From Scyliorhinus canicula (lineage: Eukaryota), in contig NC_052151.1 of NCBI RefSeq assembly GCF_902713615.1, forward strand, positions 220,622,863-220,686,862: a stretch of 64,000 bases of DNA, given 5' to 3'. Both the position numbers and the translations under genes were made by a program. Below the pieces are notes generated by a model that saw only the letters and a program-made list of their open reading frames with translations, was not told the DNA's origin and did no database searches. Positions 49,253 to 60,010 of the stretch are shown here, one piece after another; position 1 is the stretch's first letter; every line of letters begins with the position of its first letter.

Positions 49253-50499
49253 GCACACGACAGAATATGTAATTGTTTATCAAAGCAAAACAGTTGTTTT
49301 GGTTTTCTGTCTGTAATGGTAATGATGTACAGCTTTTTTTCGATGCGGATTTTACTCAGTATCGCCTTTATTTGGTTTTTCATTGGATGTGGACTCTGCT
49401 TTCTAGCCCAGCATGTATTGTCAATCCCTGAATGCCCTTGCGAAGCTGGTGAGTAACCATCTACAATCTATGCAGTCCATTTGGTGAAGGTACACCCACA
49501 ATGCTGTCGGGGGGCTGGTTTGTGATGCGCACCGCGGCCAAGGGAGCGGGTTCATTCCCATACTGGTTGAGGGTATTCACTCAACCTTGCCCCGCGACTG
49601 ATGTGTGCCGACCCTCCTGTTAAATCATCACTAGCTTGCTCTCCCTGACAAAGGGAAAGAAGCCTGTGGTCATCTATGTCCATGGCTACTTTACTTTCTC
49701 TAAGGGTAGGAGCTCCGAGACTTAATCATGCGACACTTAAGGTACACCCATGTAGTTCTCAGTCGGATTATTGGGTGATCGGAGGGGAACATGTGTATGT
49801 ATCTGTTGCAGGTGTGCTTTGTGGCTGGCTTATGTCTGCAATGTGGAGAAAGTCATTATTTGTCGAACTTGTGTCCTCAAATCGTGAAAGGCGAGAGAAT
49901 GTTAAATTGAGGCCTTCATAATCATGAGGTAGCGTCAGTAAAGATTAATTGTTTTTAATAACAGGGCGGTCTGTAATCAGGTGAACATACTGAATATGGT
50001 CTCTAAAAGCAGGAGAACGGACCTCAGAGCTTTCTGTTGCACTTAAGGAGTACTTGACATCTGAAATGCAGCGCTTGGAAGCCTAATGGATATAGATTGA
50101 ATCCTAAATTTCAAAGCCAATTCGAAAATACAATTGACTAAATAAGCATCGGCAGTTTGATACGGAACGAGTAAGATAATGAAAGAAATTAGATTGGTTT
50201 TTTTTCAAACACATGTTTCAGCAGAATGAGCCCTCAGTTAGTTCTGCTTGACTTTATGATTTCAATAAAACGGGGATTTTTCCGATTGATCAATGATTTG
50301 AAATGACCACGCACGGGATATCGTGTATCTGGAGGGAACAGAGTCTCCCGATATTTCTGAGGTTCGGAATGAGTTCACGTGGGAAAGTAGTAGCCATAAG
50401 TAAAAACGGAATAGTTATTTGTCATTGTCACTTTCAAGATCTCAGGAATACCAAAGCAACTTGAAGCCGACTGAACTGTTACCCTAATGCAAGAACAAT

Positions 50500-51600
50500 G
50501 TGCTGTACACAGGGGATTGGTTTAATCGATTTCATCTGCGCACTGGACAATATGAGCAGAGGCAGAAGCTGCTGCAGAAAACTGGCCGCCCTCAAAAACT
50601 GCTGAATGTAATCAACTTATTTCACAAAAACACGGTGCGGTCAGTTCTAATTGTACAGCAGTAGAACACGTTGTAGTCCATAATGGCGCGATAAACAAGG
50701 TTTGGTCCCGGCTCCTACGCTATTTTCCATGTTCTGCCCTTAGTTGCTGTTGGACTGCTCCAGGTCACCTGCACTGTTTTTATACTCGCAGACGCGAATT
50801 GATACAAACCTGTTCAACCTTGTTCACTTGAGATCGCATCGAAAACTGTACAAAGTCCTCTTCAGGGAATTGACCTATTCTCATCACTCAAAAGTAATAT
50901 ATGCTGAGGAAAACCTCAAGCAGCAAGTGGACATACTGACTCAAGTCTGCAATGATTTTGCTTTGACAGCCACCATCAGCTGGACAAATGTCACGACCTT
51001 GAATGTTGCCATAGTGCCACCTATCGGCGTTACCGATGTGACACTAGGCGTTGTTGATACCATCACATATATGGATTCGGCATTCATCATTTCAAATTAC
51101 TGAACCTTATATCAACTCTCTCGTGGCAAAATTGGTAGCTATGTGTATCGATGGAGAACAAACTGGGACTCTATCAACGCTCCATTCTCAGTAAACTCCT
51201 CTGTCGCTTTAGACTGGACAACATCAAGGAAGGAGAATGTGCTCAGTTAAATCCGGCCATGCTCTTGAATGGATGATGCCAATACGTTCACGCGTGTTGT
51301 ATGCAATGAATTCGCAATTGGAACACAGCTTCTTGACCGTCCATACGTCTTGCTCCATTAACACCTAAAAGTGAGTTACGGAAATGGAGCATATTACGGG
51401 AGCCAACTGGAAGTCAGTTGCTGTCGGCCTTGGCCTCTGGAGGCTGAGTCTTTGGAGGGCTTTTGGAGAAGTGAGCAGAAATGCAAAATATCAGCTGGCC
51501 AAGAAGTGGGACGGCCAAGATACAACAGTGTGGTGATTCCTGTATCTTTTCCGTCCATTCTCTTCATCTGCATCGACTACGGCAGAGGTTGATATGCAAG
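50500..51600 (+). mobile_element. Decayed RTE-clade LINE fragment
   Basis: ORF 50744-51103 IDTNLFNLVHLRSHRKLYKVLFRELTY...ENLKQQVDILTQVCNDFALT...LGVVDTITYMDS is RTE RT-like. Confidence 0.7.
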
Positions 51601-52081
51601 GATGGGACTGCTGAGTCATACAAGTAGTACGTAAGGATGGGCGGGGCTCCACGACACAAAGCACCTGCCAAGTAATTGAGATTGAATTTTTTTTGTAAAG
51701 GCTTAACGTCTTTTTGGTGGTGGGGGTGTTTGTTAGTATTCGTCTACGTTATTAATGCTATGCTGACCCTCCACTCACCAACGTTGAGTGAATACTCTCT
51801 CCAATTACTATGTTAACTCAATTCAACCGAAAATGCTAATCTTATTCTTTCGAAATGTTACCTTGTAAAACAGCACAGAGGTTCTAGCTAACTTGGTGTA
51901 TCGATTTTCGTTCGACATCGCCATTTCGCAATTTATTAATCAGCTTCCACACACTGAAAAAGCTGCAAGGCATCCTCACTGAACAATTCTATTGCGAATT
52001 ACTGCTCACTCCATGTTCCTTAAACTCGAGCTCGCTTTCGCAAGTTTTTGAAACAGCTCTTCGCCAGCTTGAGTCACTGTG

Positions 52082-52383
52082 TTCACTAGCAGCGCAGTAA
52101 TACACTGCAGTGTCAGTCGGCAACGCGATCTTTATTTTCAGGCTGCACGACTTCGTTTCGGGTCTTGTAACTTCAAAACGCTCAGCGAAATCCTTTTCAG
52201 GCGTGGGGTCTGAATTGACAATCGACGTGAACATGAGCTTCAGCCCCTCTCCACGATATTGGCGATACCAGTACATGTAGCTCTCGGTAGTGTCGTTCTG
52301 GTAACAGTGTATCTTTGTTGTGTTCCCCTTGCCGACAGAGAGCCGGCTCGGCCACTGGGAAACGAGAGCAGAACTGCAGCCAG
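52082..52383 (-). CDS. TRBV: TRBV exon (V-c), apparently functional
   Basis: 302 nt; (A)GCSSALVSQW...IHCYQNDTTESYMYWYRQ...DTAVYYCAASE; 23-RSS CACAGTG-23-TCAAAAACT (52043-52081). Confidence 0.96.
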
Positions 52384-52667
52384 CTGCGGAGGAACGCGAG
52401 AAAGACATTGGTTCAATAATGAACTGTTAAAATAAGGATATAGATTAATTTTCCTTCAAAGTACATTGTACACACATACATATACGTATATATAATATGT
52501 ATACCACAGTTTCAACGCGTATTGCACCAGATCAACTCTCTGCCTGAATCAATGACAAGCCGTCTGAACCGCCTAACTGATTAAAGCACTTCTATGTGAC
52601 CAATAATGGAAGTTGCTGAACGCAGATTGATACTGGCCCAAAATGTTATGCAAAGATGAGAAATAAC

Positions 52668-52716
52668 CTGGTAGCAGCAGCATCACCAGGAAATGCAGGC
52701 AATCTGAATACAGCAT
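52668..52716 (-). CDS. TRBV: Leader exon of V-c
   Basis: MLYSDCLHFLVMLLLP + G|GTTATT, 49 nt, phase 1. Confidence 0.85.
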
Positions 52717-52814
52717 AGTGCAAGAATGCAAACCCCTGCCAGCCTTCCAAATCCTTCCTGCTCTCATACACTGAAGCTTTTATCACCCCTGAGCAACGCT
52801 TTATACTTGAATGT

Positions 52815-52827
52815 GGAAATTACGTCA
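52815..52827. promoter_or_regulatory. Vβ promoter ETS/CRE-like motif (V-c)
   Basis: GGAAATTACGTCA ~100 bp upstream of the ATG. Confidence 0.7.
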
Positions 52828-53777
52828 TTGCAAGTAGCCTCAAAACACCTCCCACGTATGCCTCCAAGCAAACCATATGACATTTATCGTGTGTACACCG
52901 GGGAACAAGAGAATTATGATTTCTCACAAACAGTATTTCATCACAGTGGTTTGGAATGAATAACATATGTGTGGTTTATCGAAAGATGTGACGTGAAAAT
53001 GCGGGAGAATTTTTTCGAACTCACTTTATTTCTCCGCTCACCATCGCAGCAGGCCATTGACAGTTAAGCAACTTCAAAGTCGCACAACTATTGCCCTGAT
53101 AGGACACTGGAAGTTCCAATGTCGAAGTAAACGTTTCATCGTTAGCCAGAGAAGACCACGTCGGGATCCGATAGACATATTTCAATAGCAGCGTTCGGAT
53201 GTCGTACACAAATACATTTTTCCCTTGGCAGGAGCCTGGGCGAGAAGGGAACATCGGCGAAACAGTATTTATAATAATCCAACAGGGTAGATAGAAAAGT
53301 GTATTTAACAAATTGTGGTAGTAATACTTGTGTGGATGTCAGGTTGCAGGTAGCATCGTCAATAATAATGTTGAGAAGGTATTATGACATATAGTGGACC
53401 GTGACATCATTTTCGCCCGCTTCGGAAATGAAATTAGTGGAAGGAAATATGAAGCAGTTTCAAATATTCAAGAAAAGCCGAAATAAATATTCTATCCCGA
53501 TATAAGTCCAGGTTTCATCTTCGATATTTTTCTCTGCTTCGGGACGCACTGACTTTTAGTGTTGGGATTCTATTGTCACCGAGGAACTGCTTAGAAACTA
53601 AGTGTTTATTTTTACCAACGGCAAATTGTTACTCAAGGCGCAATATTCCTTCATGAACAATTGTTTTTTTTTTTTTGCGAGTGCTGCTTTTCCGACTTGC
53701 CAATAATTGCCTCTCATGATACTGCATGGCAGTGTGGTTTTGACCTATAACTGAATCAGGTTGATACAGGTTATGTG

Positions 53778-54080
53778 ATTACTAGCAGCGCAGTAATAGA
53801 CAGCAGTGTCAGACGGTTCCACGCGCAGCATTATCAGGCTGCACGAGGTAAGATCGGGTCTAGTGACGTTAACCCTTCCGGTAGAATTATTTTTTAGCGT
53901 GGGCACTGAACCGAAAACCGAGGTGCCGACGAGCTGGACCTCTGGTCCGGGTTCCTGGCGATACAAATACATGTAACTATCGCTCGAGTCGTTCTGGCAA
54001 CCGTGCATCTCCGTCGTCTTCCTTTTGTCAATGGGCAACCGTTTGCACCATTTAGGAAACGAGAGCGCCCCTGCAGCCTA
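53778..54080 (-). pseudogene. TRBV: TRBV pseudogene (V-d)
   Basis: 303 nt; TCC TAA A TGG (stop and +1 frameshift at VSQW), first Cys replaced (MHGCQN), Trp replaced (YMYLYRQ); RSS CACATAA with best nonamer GTCAAAACC at 26 nt. Confidence 0.93.
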
Positions 54081-54569
54081 CTGCGGGGTAACATCAGAAA
54101 TAGGTCAGATCAATTAGAAAGCGTTGCAATAAGGATATATATTCTGACGTCAAAAAACACGGTGGACTCGATACGCGTTCCGTTTGCTTTTCAAGCAGGG
54201 GATCATGTCTGCACGGTCAGTTACCGCTGGACTCAATTGGAGCGCAGCCGAATTGCGAGGTTAGGCCGGCATGACAATTACTCATCGAGTCCAAATGTGA
54301 GCGAGGTGATCATTATCTCCGCCGCAAACTCGACCTCAGTTGCCATGCTTTGCACCGCTGGAGAGTCCAGCGAAGCTGACAAGTGCTGCGCAATGATCTG
54401 GGCAGTGACAGATCTGCTGCCTCGAGAATTTTTAGGTCATGACCAAGCGAAAATGTCGGTTCAAACTACTGAGTAAAACAAAAGTGATATTTACATATAG
54501 ACTGCGGCTTCTCAGCAGATCCATTCTGACAATGTTACCTCTGCAAGTGGTATTACAATCATATAATTT

Positions 54570-54890
54570 ACAGTGCAGAAGGAGGTGATTCGGCCCATCG
54601 AGTCTGCACCGGCCCTTGGAAGGAGCACCCTACCCAATCCCACACCATCACTCTACCACCGTAACCCAACCAACCTTTTTGGACATTAAGTGCAATTTAG
54701 CACGGCCAATTCTCCTCACCCGCACATCTTTGGATGATGGGAGGAAACCGGAGCACCGGGAGAAAACCTATGCAGACACTGGGAGAACGTGCAGACTCCG
54801 CACAGGCAGTAACCCAAGCGCGGAATAAAACGTGGGACCCTGGAGCTTTGAAGCAACTGTGCTAACCACTATGCTACCGTTCCGCCCTAA
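54570..54890 (-). mobile_element. V-SINE (minus)
   Basis: Reverse complement of head (agggcggaacggtagcatagtggttagc), V core and CR1-type tail. Confidence 0.85.
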
Positions 54891-55226
54891 GAAGGCCGCT
54901 AGCAAGAAACTGCTAATGGTAAATTATGGATGAAGTTAATTTTGGCGCAACCTTTGAACGGATTAAAAAAAACACTTTCAAGAACATTTATTTTTTACTG
55001 GAAGTCCCGATGTATTAAAACACAACTTTTACAAATGTCTAAAAGTGCATTTAGAAATTCAGATGCTTCACTGGCTTTTTAGCCAATACAAATTCTCGAG
55101 CAAAATTACTAAGAGAAAAAAGAATTCTGCTCAATGACAAGACAACATATTCCTTTTGCACCGAGAACTGAAGGAGGCAAACCCAGATAAAGACTGGACC
55201 AATTTGGCTGCAGGATGAAATGTTAC

Positions 55227-55272
55227 CTGGGAGCAGCAGAAATGTAACGTGTAGGCTAGCAGTAGATACCGT
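55227..55272 (-). pseudogene. TRBV: Leader exon of V-d with ACG in place of ATG
   Basis: ACG GTA TCT...TTT CTG CTG CTC CCA G|GTAACA; same 46-nt length as the V-a and V-e leaders; no in-frame ATG in the open frame upstream. Confidence 0.75.
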
Positions 55273-56825
55273 TATCTGGAATGTCGTTTCGACGTCTCTG
55301 CCCTGAACATGTATCACACGCTGTAGTTTGATTTCCCCTGCATCTCGTTTTTGCTATGGATGAGGATATTATGTGAGTCAAAGATCACCCAATAGCTATC
55401 TCCCTTTTTATCCAAGCACAATTGAAGATTTATTTTCGTGTGTGAATGCAAGAACAATAACTATCTAGTGTTGCCATGCAATATTTCCTTTTTTGCAGAT
55501 GATGAAGACATTCATTAAAAAGGAACGATTGGCATATATTTATTTTAGTTCATGCATTGGAAGTGGGCTTTATTGTCTTCACCAGCACTTTTTCACCACC
55601 TCTAACTGCCCCTGGGAAGGTAGAGGTGAACTGCATTCTTGAACGGTTGCAGATAATGTTTTGTAGATAGACCCAAAGTGCTGTGAGAGAGAGAATTACA
55701 TGCTTTTGATCCAGTGACAGTGAAGGGACAACGATATTCTTCCAAACCAGGCTTGTTTGTGGATTGAAGGGGAACTCCAAGATGATGGGGTTTCCAATAT
55801 ACCTGCAAACATTGCAACTCACGATGTTAATGGTCGTGGGTCTGCAACGTGCAATAAAAGTCGCCCCAGTGAATTTCTACACTGAGCCCTACGGATAAGA
55901 AATCTGCTGCCATAATGGAATGTTTGCGGCTTGTAGAAAAAAAGTTCAGGTTAAGAGACAGTAAAATCTGTCCGAAATCGCCTTATTTGTCCATGGGCAC
56001 CTTAGCCGCCATCGAGTGGAAAACCGACCAATTGGTTTAATTTGTGGCCTTTTCCCTCTATACCACTGTTGTCGCAAAACCGAAAGGGGGTTCCTGAGAG
56101 AATGTGGAGCAACATCAAAGACGTTTTCAAGTTTTCGTTTTGTCTGAGTACGTCAGGAGAAAATCTTTCCTTTCTTCGAGAGGGCTGTGATGAACGACGA
56201 TTCAAAAAATCCAACCGGCTAATATGTGGAGAGGTTTACTTTAAACTCATTAATATACAATTTTGATAGACCAAGTAAGGAGCCACGTTTACCATTAATT
56301 GCAGGTTTGGCAAAGAGGGGGACACAGATTGAAGTTCAATCATAACAGGGCCACAGGGTTGATAAGGAGTTATTCTGTCCTTTTAACATACTGAGTTGTC
56401 AGGAGCTGGAATGCATTACCTGAGAACATTGTGGAAGCGTAATTGTAATTTTGAGACCTGTTTTGGAAATGTATTCTGGCTGAATTTTTAATACCGCTCA
56501 TTGTGGATTCAGAAGCAATGCGATGCATTAGAAATGAATTTCAGGGAGGCAGCAATAATTGTCTGTCCCACTTGCTACCGTGTTTGTTCAAGCCGACTTG
56601 ATTAGTTAGTTTTTGGAAAGTACTGGTTTTGGTATTGATACTCGGGCATTGCTGTAGGGCTATGGATGACTATCAATGGGATCGTTGTCAAACACCGGAC
56701 ATTACGTCATTTAATTCACTGATGGTTTTGTTAGCCATGCTTGCTGGAGCATCATTACTTTTGGCAAACAGCACAGTCTGGTGGCATGTTTTTGACTTAC
56801 GCCTCCACCGGTGTCAGTCACTGTG

Positions 56826-57127
56826 ATCATGTGTAGCGCAGTAATAGGTAGCAGTGTCAGTTAGTTCCACGCTCTCTATTGTCAGGCTGCAGGACTTAAG
56901 ATCGGGTCGGGTACCTTTAATCCTCGTCGTGACACCTTTTTCAGGCGTGGGCTCTGAGATGCCTGCAAAGGTCATTAAGAGCTGCAAACCCTGTCCATGG
57001 CTCTGGCGATACCAGTACATGTAGCTATAGTCGGTATCGTTCTGGTAACAGTGCATCTCCGCCGTGCCCATCTCAACAATTGAAAGCCGGTTCCGCCATT
57101 GGGAAACGAGAACGCTCTTGCAGGCAG
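56826..57127 (-). CDS. TRBV: TRBV exon (V-e), apparently functional
   Basis: 302 nt; (A)ACKSVLVSQW...MHCYQNDTDYSYMYWYRQ...DTATYYCATHD; 23-RSS CACAGTG-23-TCAAAAACA (56787-56825). Confidence 0.96.
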
Positions 57128-57888
57128 CTAAAGAAGTAGATAAGAAAGAGTTCGGATCAGATGTGCGTTGGCACAATGAGAAATATCAGAATATACCCTC
57201 GGTCGATCATCTCGTTGAACCAGCAGAATGGTAATTGCGGAAACCCTTGCATCCCGAGCGCAATTTTAAGAGTGCTACAGCGATACCCTAAGCCTCGGTC
57301 CCATATGTGGAATTCTAATATCAACCAGCTGACGAAATTACACAACGCCGATTCTGCCTAGATCGGAATGTTGTGCTCCTTAAACCCCGAAGCGAGACTT
57401 GCTGGTTCTGATTGCCAGTGTGGGAAGCGTGCCCGGAATGGCTAACGATGCCCGTCCAAATTCCAAGTAATCGACAGGGAAAAAGAGAAGTCGCTGACAG
57501 ATATCTTCTCCTTTAAAGAACAAAAATGTACCAGACCAAAAATGTAAACATGATCAGAGACACAGAATCATACATCTCCAAAACAGATCTGTCACTCAAC
57601 CATTAGAGAGCTATAAAGTATTTCCTCGCCTTTACCCACGATCCTCAAATCATTACTCATTCAAGCATAAATCCAAATATCTGTAAACTTCTACTGCTTT
57701 TTACCCCCACCAGCCGATTGGGTAAGGTCTTGCAGACGACACATTTAGAATACCGGTTCAAGCAAGAAGCAATAATTTAAACGACATGCACTGATTGAAT
57801 TATTTACGAAATAACACAAAACCGGTATTTCTTAAAGCAGATTGATGTTGTCCGAAATGTCTTCAACAATTTCTTCTTTAAAGCTTAC

Positions 57889-57934
57889 CTGGGAGAAGCA
57901 GTAGAAACAATTTCGGATATAACGTACAAAACAT
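57889..57934 (-). CDS. TRBV: Leader exon of V-e
   Basis: MFCTLYPKLFLLLLP + G|GTAAGC, 46 nt, phase 1. Confidence 0.9.
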
Positions 57935-58035
57935 GATAGCCGACTTTGATCCGTCTATTCAGCTTCCAGTCTCGCCCTGTATTCACAGCCTGCAGTTCTA
58001 CTGCGATTGTCTCTCGGTTTGTGATCAGGTACGGA

Positions 58036-58045
58036 GGAAACGTCA
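58036..58045. promoter_or_regulatory. Vβ promoter ETS/half-CRE motif (V-e)
   Basis: GGAAACGTCA followed by TTTCAGT, as at V-a, ~100 bp upstream of the ATG. Confidence 0.6.
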
Positions 58046-59017
58046 TTTCAGTCACACCCAATAGACAGTCGCCTTGTTATCAAAAGACAGCAGATAGCTA
58101 TTTCTCATTTCTTACGGTAAGATTCACAAGTGTGCAGCTTTGCAGCATTGGATTGCAGATTGCGATTGCCTCCAGGGAATCGGGAAATTACTCACGCGTG
58201 GAATGGTTGTTATTTACCTGCTTTCTGGAGATATACATTGTTTATTGAGGTCATTGTTTATTGAATGTCACACCGATCAGAAAGCATGAAGGAAATTTTT
58301 AATCGAGTGTCGAAATCATGAATAATTTAAAGAAATTAAATAATGAAATAAATTTGTGTAAAAAGGATCGTATATAAATGTTGCTGAATGTAGCTTAACT
58401 CGAAACCCTTCACAGCTGAAATGGAAATGCATTTAACAAAGCTTATGGATCAATGACAAATGAGTAGGTTAAACAACAGCCGCTAGAAAAGTATTCCAAA
58501 CACTCCATTCAAGGAAGATGTGTTGCGTTGCCTCAGTCAATAGTGTGTAAGTTAATGAGTCCTTGAAGACCGTTTGCACTGCCTTGGTAAAAACGGATGA
58601 CGTGTCATTGATTTGAAATTCCCTATCAAGAAATATCGTGATGTTTGGAAAAACAGAAAATAAAACTTTCTACTTCGATGCTGTTGAATGGACTGTAAGA
58701 GTGGATATTTGCTTCAGAGATCAGTGCATCTTTGCAGAAATGAAGATTGCATTTGTATTTGCGTTCATACGATACTATGTTTGGCCAGGCCACGTTTGTG
58801 CTCAGTAGGCGTGTTTTGAAATTCCAACTGTTGTAATGCAGGGTATTGGAAAGGTTATTTTAATCTAGCTGTCATTCACTGCAATCATGAGTGAGGCTCT
58901 ACACTTAAATTTTAGCGCTATCTCTTTATTTTTGCTTGACATTGGAGACGACACTTCTGCTGTAATGGCCAACGTCTCGGTCGTGTAATACTGACCTCCC
59001 TGACTGAGACACAGATT

Positions 59018-59208
59018 AAGAAGTCTTACAACACCAGGTTAAAGTCCAACAGGTTTGTTTCAAACACGAGCTTTCGGAGCACGGCTCCTTCTTCAGGTGA
59101 GCCGTGCTCCGAAAGCTCGTGTTTGAAACAAACCTGTTGGACTTTAACCTGGTGTTGTAAGACTTCTTACTGTGCTCACCCCAGTCCAACGCCGGCATCT
59201 CCACATCA
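59018..59208. mobile_element. Non-autonomous Penelope-like element with inverted pLTR and hammerhead core
   Basis: 71-bp perfect inverted repeat (59017-59087 / 59099-59169), 12-bp TSD GAGACACAGATT (59006-59017, 59209-59220), CUGAAGA...GAAA core on the minus strand. Confidence 0.8.
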
Positions 59209-59559
59209 GAGACACAGATTGCCTTTCTTCACTGTCGCCAGTTCAAAATCGCTGACTTCCTTGCCTAACCGCCCTACGTGGGCACTTATACCACACGGCA
59301 TGTAGAGGTTCAAGGGGAAGCTTACCCCACTTCCTCAAGAAGCAATTAGAGATGCGCAATAAATGCTGGCCTCGCCGAATAAAAGACTGAGACTCGAAAA
59401 GGCTGAGTCACTTGGACCTTTCATCAAAAGCCAGAACCTTCTAGACAGTAAATCCTTGCCACAGTAGTTTGCCACCTTAAATGGTGATCTGCATGGTGAA
59501 ATGGGTCTTCAATTCGGAACCTGTTCATCCCGAAGCGGGTGGGATATTTGGGGTAACGT

Positions 59560-60010
59560 GACGTCATTAAATTCCGAATAAGCCATTCAATCATGGCTAA
59601 TATTTTTCTCATCTCCGTTCTACAGCATTCTCCCCATAACCCCTGATATTGACATAGACACAGTACAGTACAGCATACCTATTAATCAAGAACCTATCTC
59701 TCTTTGCCTCAAAGACACTGAATTGGCATCCACAACCTTCTGCGGCAAAGAGTTCCACAGATTCACCACCCTCTGGCTGAAAAATATCCTCCTAATCTCT
59801 GTTTTACAGGATTGTCCCTTTAGTCGGAGATGGTGTCCTCTGGTTCTAGTTTTTCCTACAAGTGGAAACATCGTCTCCACGTCCACTCTATTCAGGCATC
59901 GTAGTATCTTGTACGTTTCAACAAGATCCCCTCTCATCCTTCTGAACTCCAAAGAGTCCAGACCCAGAGTCCTCAAACGTTCCTCATACGACAAGATCTT
60001 CATTCCAGGT
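59560..60010 (-). mobile_element. CR1 3' fragment
   Basis: ORF 59686-60003 LSYEERLRTLGLDSLEFRRMRGDLVETYKIL...FFSQRVVNLWNSLP. Confidence 0.9.

Noticed and set aside
57946-58248. Plus-strand ORF with ACSSTAIVSR resembling a V N-terminus (inverted V?)
   Set aside because: No Cys/Trp/YYC framework or RSS; it overlaps the V-e promoter region.
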